Assembly: GCA_963748215.1 (NCBI GenBank)
Contig: CAVVHS010000002.1
Coordinates: 192,001 to 256,000 of the forward strand
Length of the DNA stretch: 64,000 nt
Direction: 5' to 3'
From: an uncultured Gammaproteobacteria bacterium
GTDB taxonomy: Bacteria > Pseudomonadota > Gammaproteobacteria > UBA9214
The notes beneath the pieces are model-generated. The model had not been told where the DNA came from, made no database searches, and saw only the letters and a program-made list of their open reading frames with translations. Every line of letters starts with the position of its first letter. Within the stretch, counting starts at the first letter, position 1. Shown here one piece after another: positions 48,192-59,234 of this stretch. The translations under genes and the position numbers were made by a program.

Positions 48192-49853
48192 CTAGTCCTC
48201 GTTGTTGTCGGGCCAGCTGACGACCAGCAGTACCAGGCCGGCGGCACCGGCCAGCCAGGTCAGCAGCGGTGCACCCAGCACCATGGCCGGCGCATAGCCA
48301 TCCAGACCGTAGATCACAGCAGCGGACAGCAGCAGGCTGCTGCCGGTAATGGCGCCAATTGTACGCCGATTGGCGTGTCGTACCTCGCGGCGCAGGCGCC
48401 GGAGTTCCTCGGAACGCCATTCCAGCTGGAGCTTGCCCGTGCTGGCCTGTTCCAGCACGCGGTGCGCAAGCATCGGCAGTTCCGGCATGGCGTTGCTCCA
48501 GGCCGGCACGTTATCCCTGATATTGCGCAGCAGCGCGCGCGCACCGAGCTGTTCGCTCATGGTCCGCTCCAGGAACGGCTTGGCGGTCTTCCACAGGTCG
48601 AGTTCCGGATACAGCTGTCGACCGAGTCCCTCGATATTGAGCAGTGTCTTCTGCAGCAGCACCAGCTGCGGCTGTACTTCCATGTTGAAGCGGCGAGCCG
48701 TCTGGAACAGGCGCAACAGCACATTGCCGAAGGAGATTTCCTTGAGCGGCTTTTCGAAGATCGGTTCGCATACCGTGCGGATTGCCGACTCGAATTCGTC
48801 GACGCGCGTGCCGTCCGGCACCCACTCGGACTCGACATGCAATTCGGCAACGCGCCGGTAATCGCGGTTGAAAAAGGCGAGGAAGTTTTCCGCAAGGTAA
48901 CGCTGGTCGACCGGGTTCAGGGTACCCATGATACCGAAGTCCACTGCCATGTAGCGCCCGTCGTGACCGACGAAGATGTTGCCGGGATGCATGTCGGCGT
49001 GAAAGAAATTATGCCGGAACACCTGTGTGAAGAATATCTCCACGCCGCGTTCCGAAAGTGTCTTCAGGTCGATGCCGCTGGCATGCAGTGCCTTGATGTC
49101 GCTGATCTGGATACCGCGGATGCGTTCCATGACCATGATCTCGGGCCGGCAGTAGTCCCAGTACACCTCGGGTACGTAAAGGAGGTTGCTGTCGGCGAAA
49201 TTACGCCGCAGCTGCGAGGCGTTGGCTGCCTCGCGCAACAGGTCGAGTTCGTCGTACAGGGTCTTTTCGAATTCGGCAACCACCTCGCATGGCCGCAGGC
49301 GCTTGCCGATCGACCAGTAGCGTTCGGCCAGCCCCGCCAACGTGTACAGCAGGTTGACGTCGCGTTCGATGAAATACCTGACATTGGGACGCAGCACCTT
49401 GATGACGACTTCGGTGCCGTCCTTCAGGCGCGCTGTGTGCACCTGCGCAATCGACGCCGATGCGAGCGGTGTCTCCTCGAACTCCTCGAACACGCTTCCG
49501 ACCGGCTGACCGAAAACCTTCTCGATCTGTGCCTTCGCCAGACTGCCGGGAAACGGCGGCACATCATCCTGCAGGTGCGCCAGCTCCAGTGCGATGTCGT
49601 CGGGCAGCAGGTCCTGGCGGGTGGACAGGATCTGGCCGAACTTGACGTAAATCGGCCCGAGCTCCTCCAGCGCGCGGCGGATGCGCACGCCGCGCGGACC
49701 ACGCTTGCGTGGAATCCAGTTCCACGGCGCCAGGTAGTACAGGAACCGGACCGGTCGGAACAGGTGCGTGGCGAGGATGATCTCGTCAAGTCCGTGCCGG
49801 GCGAGCACGAAATTGATATGGATCAGGCGAATGATCTGGGCGGGCCGGATCAT
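48192..49853 (-). CDS. ubiB: Ubiquinone biosynthesis kinase-like protein UbiB
   Basis: [32 protein letters not shown]. Confidence 0.96.
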   Translation of the reverse strand: MIRPAQIIRLIHINFVLARHGLDEIILATHLFRPVRFLYYLAPWNWIPRKRGPRGVRIRRALEELGPIYVKFGQILSTRQDLLPDDIALELAHLQDDVPPFPGSLAKAQIEKVFGQPVGSVFEEFEETPLASASIAQVHTARLKDGTEVVIKVLRPNVRYFIERDVNLLYTLAGLAERYWSIGKRLRPCEVVAEFEKTLYDELDLLREAANASQLRRNFADSNLLYVPEVYWDYCRPEIMVMERIRGIQISDIKALHASGIDLKTLSERGVEIFFTQVFRHNFFHADMHPGNIFVGHDGRYMAVDFGIMGTLNPVDQRYLAENFLAFFNRDYRRVAELHVESEWVPDGTRVDEFESAIRTVCEPIFEKPLKEISFGNVLLRLFQTARRFNMEVQPQLVLLQKTLLNIEGLGRQLYPELDLWKTAKPFLERTMSEQLGARALLRNIRDNVPAWSNAMPELPMLAHRVLEQASTGKLQLEWRSEELRRLRREVRHANRRTIGAITGSSLLLSAAVIYGLDGYAPAMVLGAPLLTWLAGAAGLVLLVVSWPDNNED

Positions 49854-50476
49854 GCCGGTCTTGCGCCGTCGCCCGGGCGTTGCAGGCGCTTGATACGGGC
49901 GGCGAGGCGGTCGGCGTCCGTCCGGAGACGTGCGACATCCGCGGCAAAGTTATCGACCTCGATCCGTGCCGGCAGCAGGCGAAGTTCTTCCTTCAGATAG
50001 TCACCGATGTCCTGCTCCAGGGTCAGGCGGCCGTGGCGCAGCGTCCTGCCCGCCCGGCGCGCAGCGTTGCCCAGCCGGTGTGCGACGGTGTCGCCGGCCA
50101 GCCTTGAGAGGTGCTCTTCCCAGTCGATGTCCATGTCATCGAGGATGGCCTTGAATTCCTGTCCGGTTTCGACGTCGCCGCTGATGGTGACCTCGCCCGA
50201 GAACAGCGGCTTGCCGGCAGTGCCGCCGATGCCGAGCCGTGCGAGCGCCAGCGGGCTGCCGTGCAACAGGGTATCGGCCGGTCCCTCGTGTTCGCCGCTG
50301 ATGCGGATGCCGTGCTCGCCGGGGTAGAGATACAGCTGCAGACCGGTCCCGGTCAGATCGATGCCGATGCAGCGCCCTTCCAGCGCGGCCATGCGCGCCC
50401 GGTTGTCCGGGTCGAGCCCCATCCAGCCGTTGGCGGCGGACTCGAGCGCACGGATGAATCCCGCCGGCAGCGTCAT
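49850..50476 (-). CDS. ubiJ: Ubiquinone biosynthesis accessory factor UbiJ (SCP2)
   Basis: ISGDVETGQ...DIDWEEHLS...GD; lies between ubiE and ubiB. Confidence 0.9.
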   Translation of the reverse strand: MTLPAGFIRALESAANGWMGLDPDNRARMAALEGRCIGIDLTGTGLQLYLYPGEHGIRISGEHEGPADTLLHGSPLALARLGIGGTAGKPLFSGEVTISGDVETGQEFKAILDDMDIDWEEHLSRLAGDTVAHRLGNAARRAGRTLRHGRLTLEQDIGDYLKEELRLLPARIEVDNFAADVARLRTDADRLAARIKRLQRPGDGARPA

Positions 50477-50507
50477 ACCGCGGCGCGTGCCCGTGCCGCC
50501 GCCCTGC

Positions 50508-51251
50508 TCAGAACTTGTAGCCACGGTGGATGGCGACGATGCCGCCGCTCAGGTTGTGATAGTCGCATTGCTCGAAACCGGCCTGCTCCAGCATGCCCTG
50601 CAGCGTCTGCTGGTCCGGGTGCATGCGGATGGATTCCGCGAGATAACGGTAGCTGTCGGCGTCGCGCGCGACCAGACGTCCGAGCCGGGGCAGGATGCTG
50701 AACGAATAGAAGTCATAGGCCGGCTTGAGCACGGGCGCGGGGCGGGAAAATTCCAGCACCAGCAGGCGGCCGCCCGGCCGCAGCACCCGCTGCATCGCGT
50801 GCAGTGCCTGTTGCTTGTCAGTGACGTTGCGCAGGCCGAATGCGATCGTGACCAGGTCGAAGCTGTTGTCGGGGAACGGCAGCTGCTCCGCGTTGGCCAG
50901 GGTAAAACTCACGTTGCCGCTGATGCCGTGGTCCAGCAGGGCGCTGCGGCCCTTGTTCAGCATGGCGGCATTGATATCCGACAGCACCACATGACCGGCG
51001 GGCCCGGTGAGCGGCGCCATCAGCCGCGTCAGGTCCCCGGTGCCGCCGGCCAGGTCCAGGATGCGCTGGCCGGGGCGTATGCCGGCCATATTGATCGCGT
51101 AGCGCTTCCAGAGCCGGTGGATGCCGAACGACATGAGGTCGTTCATCAGGTCGTAGTTGTCGGCGACCGAATCGAACACTGCCCGCACATGCCCTGCCTT
51201 TTCCTCGACCGGCACATCGCGAAAACCGAAATGGGTCGTTTTGTCTGGCAT
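50508..51251 (-). CDS. ubiE: Ubiquinone/menaquinone C-methyltransferase
   Basis: [39 protein letters not shown]. Confidence 0.97.
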   Translation of the reverse strand: MPDKTTHFGFRDVPVEEKAGHVRAVFDSVADNYDLMNDLMSFGIHRLWKRYAINMAGIRPGQRILDLAGGTGDLTRLMAPLTGPAGHVVLSDINAAMLNKGRSALLDHGISGNVSFTLANAEQLPFPDNSFDLVTIAFGLRNVTDKQQALHAMQRVLRPGGRLLVLEFSRPAPVLKPAYDFYSFSILPRLGRLVARDADSYRYLAESIRMHPDQQTLQGMLEQAGFEQCDYHNLSGGIVAIHRGYKF

Positions 51252-51340
51252 GGCGGCTCGTATCCCGATAATGATTGATTAATTTACCGTAAAGAGCGGC
51301 CGCGCGCAGGGAAAAATGCAGCTGCCGGCGGCCGGGACCG

Positions 51341-51715
51341 TCAGTCCGTGGCGTGTTCCCTGCGGCTGTGTCCGGCGGCGGCCAGCTTGTCCAGGTATTC
51401 CTGCCAGTATCTGTCCCTGTTCTTGCCCAGGTCGTAGAGGGTTTCCCAGGAATAGATGCCGGTATCGTGCCCGTCGTCGAAGGTCGGCTGGATGGCATAG
51501 CTGCCGATCGGATCCAGGCGGGTGATCACGACGTCTTCCTTGCCGATTTGCAGCGTGCCCTGGCCCGGCCCGTGGCCCTGCACTTCCGCCGAGGGCGAAT
51601 GCACGCGCAGGAATTCATAGCTCAGTGTGAAAGACTCGCCGGTGTCGAAGGCGATTTTCAGGACGCGGGATTTCTGGTGCAGGCTGATCTCAACGGGTTT
51701 CGGTTTGCTCGGCAT
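51341..51715 (-). CDS. DUF971 / GBBH-like N-terminal domain protein
   Basis: EFLRVHSPSAEVQGHG...GSYAI...FDDGHDTGIYSW. Confidence 0.9.
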   Translation of the reverse strand: MPSKPKPVEISLHQKSRVLKIAFDTGESFTLSYEFLRVHSPSAEVQGHGPGQGTLQIGKEDVVITRLDPIGSYAIQPTFDDGHDTGIYSWETLYDLGKNRDRYWQEYLDKLAAAGHSRREHATD

Positions 51716-51814
51716 GGTTTTACCTTCGGTATGAGTTTGTTGTTGCTGGGCAATGCACGATTTGTGCAGGGACATGGCTTTGACTTGTGTCCGGCGCTGA
51801 CCCGGGCACGCTCA

Positions 51815-53143
51815 TCAGAGTATATACCGGCTCAGGTCCTCGTCCTGCGCCAGCGCGGCGAGTTGCGTATCGACATAGGCCGCATCGATACGGGTCGTGC
51901 TGTCGGCGCGGTCGGTTGCCTCGAATGATATGGACTCCAGCAGGCGTTCCAGGACCGTGTGCAGGCGCCGCGCGCCGATGTTCTCGGTACGCGCGTTGAT
52001 GTTGCTGGCGATTTCGGCGATCCGCTCGATACCGTCGGCGCTGAACTCCAGGGTCACGGACTCCGTGGCCAGCAGTGCCGCATACTGCTCGGTGAGCGAG
52101 GCATCCGGTTCGGTGAGAATGCGCACGAAGTCGGCAGCGTTTAGGTCGTCCAGCTCGACCCGGATCGGCAGGCGGCCCTGCAGTTCCGGGATAAGGTCGG
52201 AGGGCTTGGACAGGTGGAATGCACCCGAGGCGATGAACAGGATGTGGTCGGTCTTGATCATGCCGTGCTTGGTGGTGACGGTGCAGCCTTCCACGAGCGG
52301 CAGCAGGTCGCGCTGCACGCCCTCGCGCGAGACGTCCGGGCCGCTGCTCTCGCCGCGCCGTGTGACCTTGTCGATCTCGTCGATGAACACGATGCCGTTC
52401 TGCTCGACGTTGTCCAGAGCCTGGTGCTTGAGCTCGTCCTCGTTGACCATGCGTGCAGCCTCTTCCTCGATCAGCAGCCGGCGCGCATCGCGAATGCGCA
52501 GCTTGCGGGTCTTGCTGCGCTTGCCGCCCATGTTCTGGAACATGTCCTGCAGCTGGCTGGTCATTTCCTCCATGCCGGGCGGAGCCATGATCTCCACGCC
52601 GACCGGCGTGACCGCCACGGTGATCTCGATTTCCGTGTCGTCCAGTGCGCCCTCGCGCAGCCGCTTGCGAAATTTCTGGCGGGTGTCGGATTCGCTATGG
52701 CCGTCCGTGTCCGGCGCCATGCTCCTGGGTCCGGGCAGCAGGGCATCCAGGACGCGCTCCTCGGCGGCGTCTTCCGCCCGGTGGCGCACCTTCGCCATGG
52801 CGGCTTCACGCGCCAATTTCATGGCCGCGTCGACCAGATCACGCACGATCGACTCCACATCACGACCGACATAGCCAACTTCGGTGAATTTCGTCGCTTC
52901 GACCTTGATAAAGGGTGCATTGGCCAGCCGCGCGAGACGACGCGCGATCTCGGTCTTGCCTACGCCGGTCGGACCGATCATGAGAATGTTTTTCGGTGTG
53001 ATCTCGGCACGCAGCGATTCATCGACCTGCATGCGGCGCCAGCGATTGCGCAGGGCGATGGCCACGGCGCGCTTGGCGGCGTCCTGGCCGATAATGTGCT
53101 TGTCCAGTTCCTGGACAATCTCTCTGGGGGTCATATCAGACAT
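51815..53143 (-). CDS. hslU: HslUV protease ATPase subunit
   Basis: [30 protein letters not shown]. Start at 53143 or 53134. Confidence 0.97.
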   Translation of the reverse strand: MSDMTPREIVQELDKHIIGQDAAKRAVAIALRNRWRRMQVDESLRAEITPKNILMIGPTGVGKTEIARRLARLANAPFIKVEATKFTEVGYVGRDVESIVRDLVDAAMKLAREAAMAKVRHRAEDAAEERVLDALLPGPRSMAPDTDGHSESDTRQKFRKRLREGALDDTEIEITVAVTPVGVEIMAPPGMEEMTSQLQDMFQNMGGKRSKTRKLRIRDARRLLIEEEAARMVNEDELKHQALDNVEQNGIVFIDEIDKVTRRGESSGPDVSREGVQRDLLPLVEGCTVTTKHGMIKTDHILFIASGAFHLSKPSDLIPELQGRLPIRVELDDLNAADFVRILTEPDASLTEQYAALLATESVTLEFSADGIERIAEIASNINARTENIGARRLHTVLERLLESISFEATDRADSTTRIDAAYVDTQLAALAQDEDLSRYIL

Positions 53144-53219
53144 TTTCGTTACAAATAGTGAGATTAAGCGACTTTTGGCAACAAGTGGCGCGGATTCGGC
53201 GACAATGGCGCGACGGCGT

Positions 53220-53762
53220 TCATGTGGTCGCGAGCTCCTCGAGCGCCGTGTTGCCGTTGGTATAGATGCAGATGTCCGCGGCGATGCGCAATCCGGCCTC
53301 GGTGATGGCGCGGGCATCCATGTCGGTGTTTTCCAGCAACGCGCGCGCCGCGGCCTTGGCGTAGGCGCCGCCCGAGCCGATCGCCATGAGCGCATGTTCC
53401 GGCTCGATAACATCGCCGTTGCCACTGATGATCAGCGAGGCCTCGCGGTCGGCCACGGCCAGCAGCGCCTCGAGGTTGCGCAGCATCTTGTTGGTGCGCC
53501 AGTCCTTGGCCAGCTCGACGGCGGCCCGGGTCAGGTGGCCGCTGTGCTTTTCCAGCTTGCCTTCGAACAGCTCGAACAGGGTGAAGGCGTCGGCCGTGCC
53601 ACCGGCGAAGCCGGCGATTACCCGGTCATGGTAGAGGCGGCGTACCTTGCGGGCGTTACCCTTCATCACCGTGTCACCCATGGTGACCTGGCCGTCGCCG
53701 CCAATCACGACGCAGTCACCGCGTCGCACGGAAAGTATGGTCGTCCCGCGAAACTGATCCAC
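53220..53762 (-). CDS. hslV: HslUV protease peptidase subunit
   Basis: GTG start, short propeptide, [18 protein letters not shown]. Confidence 0.96.
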   Translation of the reverse strand: MDQFRGTTILSVRRGDCVVIGGDGQVTMGDTVMKGNARKVRRLYHDRVIAGFAGGTADAFTLFELFEGKLEKHSGHLTRAAVELAKDWRTNKMLRNLEALLAVADREASLIISGNGDVIEPEHALMAIGSGGAYAKAAARALLENTDMDARAITEAGLRIAADICIYTNGNTALEELATT

Positions 53763-53807
53763 GAACAGGCTCCTGCCGGATAAAGGGCGCTCGATTGTAC
53801 ACCATAC

Positions 53808-53835
53808 AGTTGGGGCGATCGGTTCGATCCCAATG
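53808..53835 (-). promoter_or_regulatory. Possible sigma32 promoter for hslVU
   Basis: Minus strand CATTGGGA-N11-GCCCCAACT, a loose match to CTTGAA...CCCCAT. Confidence 0.35.
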
Positions 53836-54197
53836 GCGCGTGCAGGATTTGTTACGCAAACCGGGCGGCCCGCTGCCGTCGCCCGCCATACCACAATTGG
53901 CCATAATTACGGCCGGCCACAAAACCGGGGTTTGCTGTATTTTTTACTCTCCGACGTCCTGGTCAGCCTGGAATCGGCCTCGCGGCACGCCCGGGTGACG
54001 TGATTCCGCTCGCCGGGGCGGTTACGGGTCTGCCCCGGGAGGGCGTTCGCGGGGCCGGCCATTGGTTTTTATCTTGCTGTTTTAGTAATAAAAATAAAAA
54101 TATATAGGGTATAATTTATTATTCAATAATACCCCATTTGGCGCGCCCGGGCGGGCACGCGGCCACGGTTGGCACCGACGCGAGGAATTCCGGGCGG

Positions 54198-55100
54198 TCA
54201 GGAGTTCCGCGACTTGCGGGCCCTGGGATGGGCCTGGTCGTAGACCTGGGCGAGGTGCTGGAAATCGAGGTGGGTGTAGATCTGGGTGGTGCTGATGTCG
54301 GCATGCCCGAGCAGTTCCTGCACCGCGCGCAGATCGCCGCTGGATTCCAGCAGGTGGCTGGCGAAGGAATGGCGCAGGGTGTGCGGATGCAGCTTGCCGG
54401 GCACGTTGCGTTGCAGGGCGCGTTGCCGAATGCGTTGCTGCACGGCGCGGGCGCCGAGCCGGCGTCCGCCACGGCCGGTGAACAGGGCGGTCTCGCCAGG
54501 GGTTGCGGCACGCCGTGCCAGCCACGCCTGCAGCGCCGTGATCGCCTTGGCGCCGACCGGCACGACCCGGGTCTTGGCGCCCTTGCCGGTGACGCGCACC
54601 ACGCGTTCGTCAAAATCGATATCGGCGAGGTCGAGCGCGACCAGTTCGGCCAGCCGCAGGCCGGAGGAATAGAACAGCTCCAGGATGGCGATGTCGCGCA
54701 CCACCAGCGGGTCCTCGCTGCGACCGCGCAACAGCCGGTCAAGATCGTCCACGTTCAGGGTATCGGGCAGGTGACGTGGCGCGCGTGGCGCCTGCACGTC
54801 CAGGCCGGGATTCAGTTGCACGGCACCTTCGCGCAGCAGGTAATTGTAGAAGGTACGCAGGGCCGACAGCCGGCGCTGGATGCTGCGGCCGCCCAGCCCG
54901 CGCCGGTGCGCCTGGGCGGCGTACTGCCGCACCTGGCGGGTGTCGAGCCGGCGCCAGCCGTCGATGCCGTTGTTGCGGCACCAGGCCTGCAATTCCTGCA
55001 GGTCGCGCTGATAGTGTTTCGAGGTGTTCGCCGACAGCCGGCGTTCTGTCTGCAGGTGATGCAGGAAGCGCGTGATCCAGTCGGCGGTGTCAGCGGTCAC
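54198..55100 (-). CDS. xerC: Tyrosine recombinase XerC
   Basis: GLRLAEL, GKGAKTR, HPHTLRHSFASHLLESSGDLRAVQELLGHA, TQIYTH; synteny dapF-DUF484-xerC. Confidence 0.96.
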   Translation of the reverse strand: MTADTADWITRFLHHLQTERRLSANTSKHYQRDLQELQAWCRNNGIDGWRRLDTRQVRQYAAQAHRRGLGGRSIQRRLSALRTFYNYLLREGAVQLNPGLDVQAPRAPRHLPDTLNVDDLDRLLRGRSEDPLVVRDIAILELFYSSGLRLAELVALDLADIDFDERVVRVTGKGAKTRVVPVGAKAITALQAWLARRAATPGETALFTGRGGRRLGARAVQQRIRQRALQRNVPGKLHPHTLRHSFASHLLESSGDLRAVQELLGHADISTTQIYTHLDFQHLAQVYDQAHPRARKSRNS

Positions 55101-55130
55101 GTGCCGGTGTGCCGGTCGGTGATGCCTGGT

Positions 55131-55868
55131 TCAGGCACCGGGACCGTTGGAGGTCATGATGCCGATTTTCTTGGTATGCAGGGCGAGCAGGGTGCCGAGC
55201 AGTTCGCCCAGGTGGGTCAGGAACAGCGTGCCCATGCCGGGGTGGAAGTGACTGGCCTCCTGGCTGCCGATGGCCAGCAGGCCGAAACAGCACTTCTGGC
55301 CCAGCGGCACCAGCGCGGCGGATTCGATGGCCTCGGCCTGGTCGCCGAACAGGTACTGGAGCTGTTCCTTCTTGAAGCGGCCGCATTGCGGCCGCGCGGT
55401 CTTCAGGAAGGACTCGAAGTGTCCCAGCTCTGCGCTGTCCGGGTTGAAGATATCAACGTCGCATTCGCGCGCCTGCAGGTCGCTCAGTCCGATGATGCGC
55501 AGCGTGACGGTGTCGGCCTTGAACTCGCCGATCAGGTTTTCCCGCAGCGTATCGAGCAGGGCCTCCAGGGAATTCGCGCCGATCAGGTCCAGCGTCAGCT
55601 GGTGCATGCGCTCGTTGAGGCGGTTGTTGTCCCGCGCCACCTGGACCAGGTCCATCAGCTTGCGTTTCAACTGGCTGTTCTGGTCGCGCAGTACCTTCAC
55701 CTGGTGCTCGACCAGCGAGACCGCCGGGCCGCAGCTGTGCGGGATTTCCAGGCTCGCCAGCAGGCTGGTATTGTTCTGGAAGAATTCGGGGTTGTCGCGC
55801 AGGTAGTCGGCGACGGATTTTTCGTCCAGTGGCTCTGCCGCCGGCCGGCTCTGCTGTGATGTCGTCAT
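55131..55868 (-). CDS. DUF484 (YigA-like) protein
   Basis: [30 protein letters not shown]. Confidence 0.92.
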   Translation of the reverse strand: MTTSQQSRPAAEPLDEKSVADYLRDNPEFFQNNTSLLASLEIPHSCGPAVSLVEHQVKVLRDQNSQLKRKLMDLVQVARDNNRLNERMHQLTLDLIGANSLEALLDTLRENLIGEFKADTVTLRIIGLSDLQARECDVDIFNPDSAELGHFESFLKTARPQCGRFKKEQLQYLFGDQAEAIESAALVPLGQKCCFGLLAIGSQEASHFHPGMGTLFLTHLGELLGTLLALHTKKIGIMTSNGPGA

Positions 55869-56695
55869 AGCTCGATGCGCCCCTGATAGACGGTCGTGGC
55901 GGGTCCGGTCATCATGACCGGCTGACCCTCACCGGCCCAGCTTACCACAAGTTCACCGCCCTTCAGGACCACTTTTACCGTTTCATCCAGCTCGCCCCAG
56001 AGCCGGCCCGCCACCACCGCCGCGCAGGCGCCGCTGCCACAGGCCAGCGTTTCGCCGGCGCCGCGCTCATAGACGCGAACACGCACGGTTGCATCATCCA
56101 TGATCTGCATGAAGCCGGCATTGACGCGTTCCGGGAAGCGGGGATGCCGCTCGATCAGCGGGCCGAGGGTGGCGACCGGTGCCGTGGCGATGTCAGCCAC
56201 GAGCAGCACGGCATGCGGGTTGCCCATGGACAGCGCACCGATTTCATACGACCGTCCATCCACCTCCAGCGTATAGCGGGCGGTCTGCGATGCCGCGGCG
56301 AACGGGATCTCCGCCGGTGCCAGGCGCGGCACGCCCATGTTCACGGTGACCAGACCGTCCGGGTCGCGCACCAGTTCCAGCACGCCATTCAGGGTTTCGA
56401 CCCGGATCCGCTGCTTGTCGCTCAGTCCCTGCTCGCGCACGAACTGCATGAAGCAGCGCGCGCCGTTGCCGCATTGCGCTACTTCGCTGCCGTCGGCGTT
56501 GAAGATACGATAGCGGAAATCGGCCTCCGCCGAGCCGGCCGATTCGACCAGCAGCAGCTGGTCACAGCCGATACCGAAATGCCGGTCCGCCAGCCGGCGC
56601 ACCTGTTCCGCGCTCAACGCGACCGGCTGGCGGATGGCATCGATGACGATGAAATCGTTGCCCAGCCCGTGCATCTTGGTGAATTCGAGGGTCAT
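55865..56695 (-). CDS. dapF: Diaminopimelate epimerase
   Basis: [31 protein letters not shown]. Confidence 0.97.
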   Translation of the reverse strand: MTLEFTKMHGLGNDFIVIDAIRQPVALSAEQVRRLADRHFGIGCDQLLLVESAGSAEADFRYRIFNADGSEVAQCGNGARCFMQFVREQGLSDKQRIRVETLNGVLELVRDPDGLVTVNMGVPRLAPAEIPFAAASQTARYTLEVDGRSYEIGALSMGNPHAVLLVADIATAPVATLGPLIERHPRFPERVNAGFMQIMDDATVRVRVYERGAGETLACGSGACAAVVAGRLWGELDETVKVVLKGGELVVSWAGEGQPVMMTGPATTVYQGRIEL

Positions 56696-56726
56696 GTTTT
56701 AATCGTGCCATGCTTTTGAAAAAATA

Positions 56727-57004
56727 TCTCGCGCAAAGCCGCCAAGGGGTTAAGAAAATTAAAAAACCGCCTCGCGCAGAGACGCAGAGTTCGCAGCGGA
56801 AATCTATTGCTGCCGGTGAAACGAGGAAGTAATTCAAGGCGGAATGTAACAAGCACGCATACCGGTACTGTATAACATCAATCCCGTTTGAATCGGTTTT
56901 CCTCTGCGAACTCTGCGTCTCTCGGCAACTGCTCCTTGCGTTGCCCTACCTCCTACATCCCTGTAGTCGTGCGCGAGGAAATATCTTTACGTCTTTGCAC
57001 GTGA
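56727..57004. mobile_element. Nested non-autonomous inverted-repeat element (MITE/REP-like) carrying an inserted 48-nt element
   Basis: Outer IR 56727-56746/56985-57004 (15/20). Inner IR 56770-56802/56898-56978 (32/33 once insert 56923-56970 is removed). Confidence 0.7.
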
Positions 57005-57011
57005 CCGGATT

Positions 57012-58262
57012 TCACTCCGGCAGCAGGTGCTCGCCGCGATAGAGGTCGGCGACGTTTTCGCGTTCGCGCACCACGTGCACCTGCGTGCCATCGACCATGA
57101 CCTCCGCCGCACGCGGCCGTGTGTTGTAGTTCGAGCTCATGGTGAAGCCGTAGGCGCCAGACGAGCGGATCGCCAGCAGGTCGCCGGCGGCGAGATTGAA
57201 CACGCGCTGTTTGCCCAGGAAGTCACCGGTCTCGCAGACGGGGCCGACGATGTCGTAGGCCATGGCCGTGCCGGTGCGCGGCTGCACCGGCACGATCTCG
57301 TGCCAGGCGTTGTACAGTGCGGGACGTGCCAGGTCGTTCATCGCGGCATCGATGATGGCGAAGTTGCGATGCGCGGTGTGCTTGAGGTATTCGACGCGCG
57401 TGAGCAGGATGCCGGCATTGCCGGCGATGGCACGGCCCGGTTCCAGCAGGATTTCCTGCGTGCGCCCGGCGAGCCGCGTCATGAGTGCCTCGACGTAGGC
57501 GGCCGGCGATGGCATGGCATCGGCCGGCCGGTAGGGTATGCCCAGTCCGCCGCCGAGGTCGATGTGCGCCAGCCGTATGCCTTCCCCGTGCAGACGGTCG
57601 ACCAGTACGAGGACGCGATCCAGCGCATCGACGAACGGCGTCACGTCCTTCAGCTGCGACCCGATATGGCAATCGATGCCGGTGATCTTCAGGTGCGGCA
57701 GCTTGGCTGCCGCGCGGTAGGCATCCAGCGCCGCGTCCACCGCAATGCCGAACTTGTTATCGCGCAGGCCGGTAGAGATGTAGGGGTGCGTTTTCGCATC
57801 GACATCGGGATTGACGCGCAGCGAGACCGGTGCGGTCCTGCCGCACCCGGCGGCGATCCCGTTGAGGCGTTCCAGCTCGGTTTCGGATTCGACATTGAAA
57901 CAGCGGATGCCGGCCTCAAGTGCCAGGCGCATTTCGTCGGTGCGCTTGCCGACCCCGGAAAACACGACCCGTCCGGGATCGCCGCCGGCGGTGAGCACGC
58001 GCTGCAGCTCGCCACCCGAGACGATATCGAAACCCGAGCCGAGCCGGGCGAGCGTCTGCAGCACGGCGAGGTTTGAATTTGCCTTGACGGCATAGCAGAC
58101 CAGGTGCGGGAGCGCGGCCAGCGCATCATCGAATACGTGCCAGTGTCGTTCCAGGGTGGCGCGCGAGTAGACGTAGCAGGGCGTACCACAGCGCACCGCG
58201 ATATCGTCAAGGGCGACTTGCTCGGCGTACAGGCGGCCGCCGTGAAAACGGAAATGATCCAT
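57012..58262 (-). CDS. lysA: Diaminopimelate decarboxylase
   Basis: YAVKANSN, FDIVSGGEL, HIGSQ, EPGRA, GPVCETGD. Confidence 0.97.
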   Translation of the reverse strand: MDHFRFHGGRLYAEQVALDDIAVRCGTPCYVYSRATLERHWHVFDDALAALPHLVCYAVKANSNLAVLQTLARLGSGFDIVSGGELQRVLTAGGDPGRVVFSGVGKRTDEMRLALEAGIRCFNVESETELERLNGIAAGCGRTAPVSLRVNPDVDAKTHPYISTGLRDNKFGIAVDAALDAYRAAAKLPHLKITGIDCHIGSQLKDVTPFVDALDRVLVLVDRLHGEGIRLAHIDLGGGLGIPYRPADAMPSPAAYVEALMTRLAGRTQEILLEPGRAIAGNAGILLTRVEYLKHTAHRNFAIIDAAMNDLARPALYNAWHEIVPVQPRTGTAMAYDIVGPVCETGDFLGKQRVFNLAAGDLLAIRSSGAYGFTMSSNYNTRPRAAEVMVDGTQVHVVRERENVADLYRGEHLLPE

Positions 58263-58263
58263 G

Positions 58264-58419
58264 CTATTCCCGTGGTTCCGGCGCCTGCTCGTCCTGTGGC
58301 GGTGGTATCGTATTCTTCACGGGCGGCGCTGTCTTATCCGGTAGATACAGCGAGCCGGTCTGGCCGCAAGCGGACAGGCACAGCAGCAGGGGCAGCAGCT
58401 TGAGGTATCGGAGGTACAT
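58264..58419 (-). CDS. Small lipoprotein, LptM/YifL/LppL family
   Basis: Lipobox LSAC followed by GQTGSLYLP; directly upstream of lysA. Confidence 0.85.
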   Translation of the reverse strand: MYLRYLKLLPLLLCLSACGQTGSLYLPDKTAPPVKNTIPPPQDEQAPEPRE

Positions 58420-58544
58420 GGCACGGGTCCGGTTGAGTCTGGCGCCAGTATACGTGGACACCCTGTCAAACCCAATGTGCGAACGGCCCCGGTCACGCCC
58501 GCAGCGGGTGAATATTTCGCGCCTTCTGGTGCATACTGGCCGGC

Positions 58545-59234
58545 ATGACAACGCCCCTGCTCAACGCGGTCGAGATCGATCCGCCCGGCGCCCCGACCGG
58601 CTGCGTCATCTGGTTGCACGGGCTCGGCGCCGACGGCCATGATTTCGAAGCGCTGATCCCTCACCTCGGTATCGTCGAGCAGCTCGGCGTGCGCGTCGTG
58701 CTGCCGCATGCGCCGGAACGTCCGGTCACCATCAACGCCGGCATGCGCATGCCGGCCTGGTACGATATCGAGGCGCTCGGGATCGGAGCGCACGAGGATG
58801 CCGCGGGCATCCGCCAGTCGCAGCAGCAGCTGCAGGCGCTGATCAAACGGGAGATCGATGCGGGCATCCCGTCACGACGGATCGTGCTGGCGGGCTTCTC
58901 GCAGGGCGGGGCGGTTGTGCTGCACACCGGGCTGCGCTACCCGCAGCCGCTGGCCGGCATCCTGGCCCTGTCGACCTACCTGCCGCTGCGCGATGCGCTG
59001 GCGACCGAGGCGGCGGTGGCGAACCGTGCCGTACCGATCATGATGATGCACGGCACCTCCGACCCGGTCGTGCCGGTGCAGCTGGCGCTGGCCTCGCGTG
59101 ATTTTCTCGTGCAACAGGGTTACGCGGTCGGCTGGCATACCTGGCCGATGCAGCACGCGGTATGTGCCGAGGAGGTGGCGGTGATCAGCGCGTGGCTGTC
59201 ACGCGTGCTGGCGCCGGTTTCACACCGCGATTGA
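58545..59234 (+). CDS. Carboxylesterase / phospholipase (alpha/beta hydrolase)
   Basis: WLHGLGADG, AWYDI, GFSQGG, HGTSDPVV. Confidence 0.93.
   Translation: MTTPLLNAVEIDPPGAPTGCVIWLHGLGADGHDFEALIPHLGIVEQLGVRVVLPHAPERPVTINAGMRMPAWYDIEALGIGAHEDAAGIRQSQQQLQALIKREIDAGIPSRRIVLAGFSQGGAVVLHTGLRYPQPLAGILALSTYLPLRDALATEAAVANRAVPIMMMHGTSDPVVPVQLALASRDFLVQQGYAVGWHTWPMQHAVCAEEVAVISAWLSRVLAPVSHRD

Noticed and set aside
54100-54135. Possible dif-like site next to xerC
   Set aside because: The ATAA-N6-TTATG geometry and the XerD arm do not match, and the location is near the origin.
54198-55100. Tyrosine recombinase as an island or prophage integrase
   Set aside because: It is housekeeping XerC in its conserved dapF-DUF484-xerC context; no att sites or cargo genes.
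56866-56883. LexA box-like TACTGTATA within the repeat spacer
   Set aside because: The right half (CAG at CTG-N10-CAG spacing) is absent.
58517-58539. NtrC site before the carboxylesterase (TGGTGCATACTGG, identical to one glnL arm)
   Set aside because: Only a half site; the left arm is mis-spaced and there is no sigma54 promoter.
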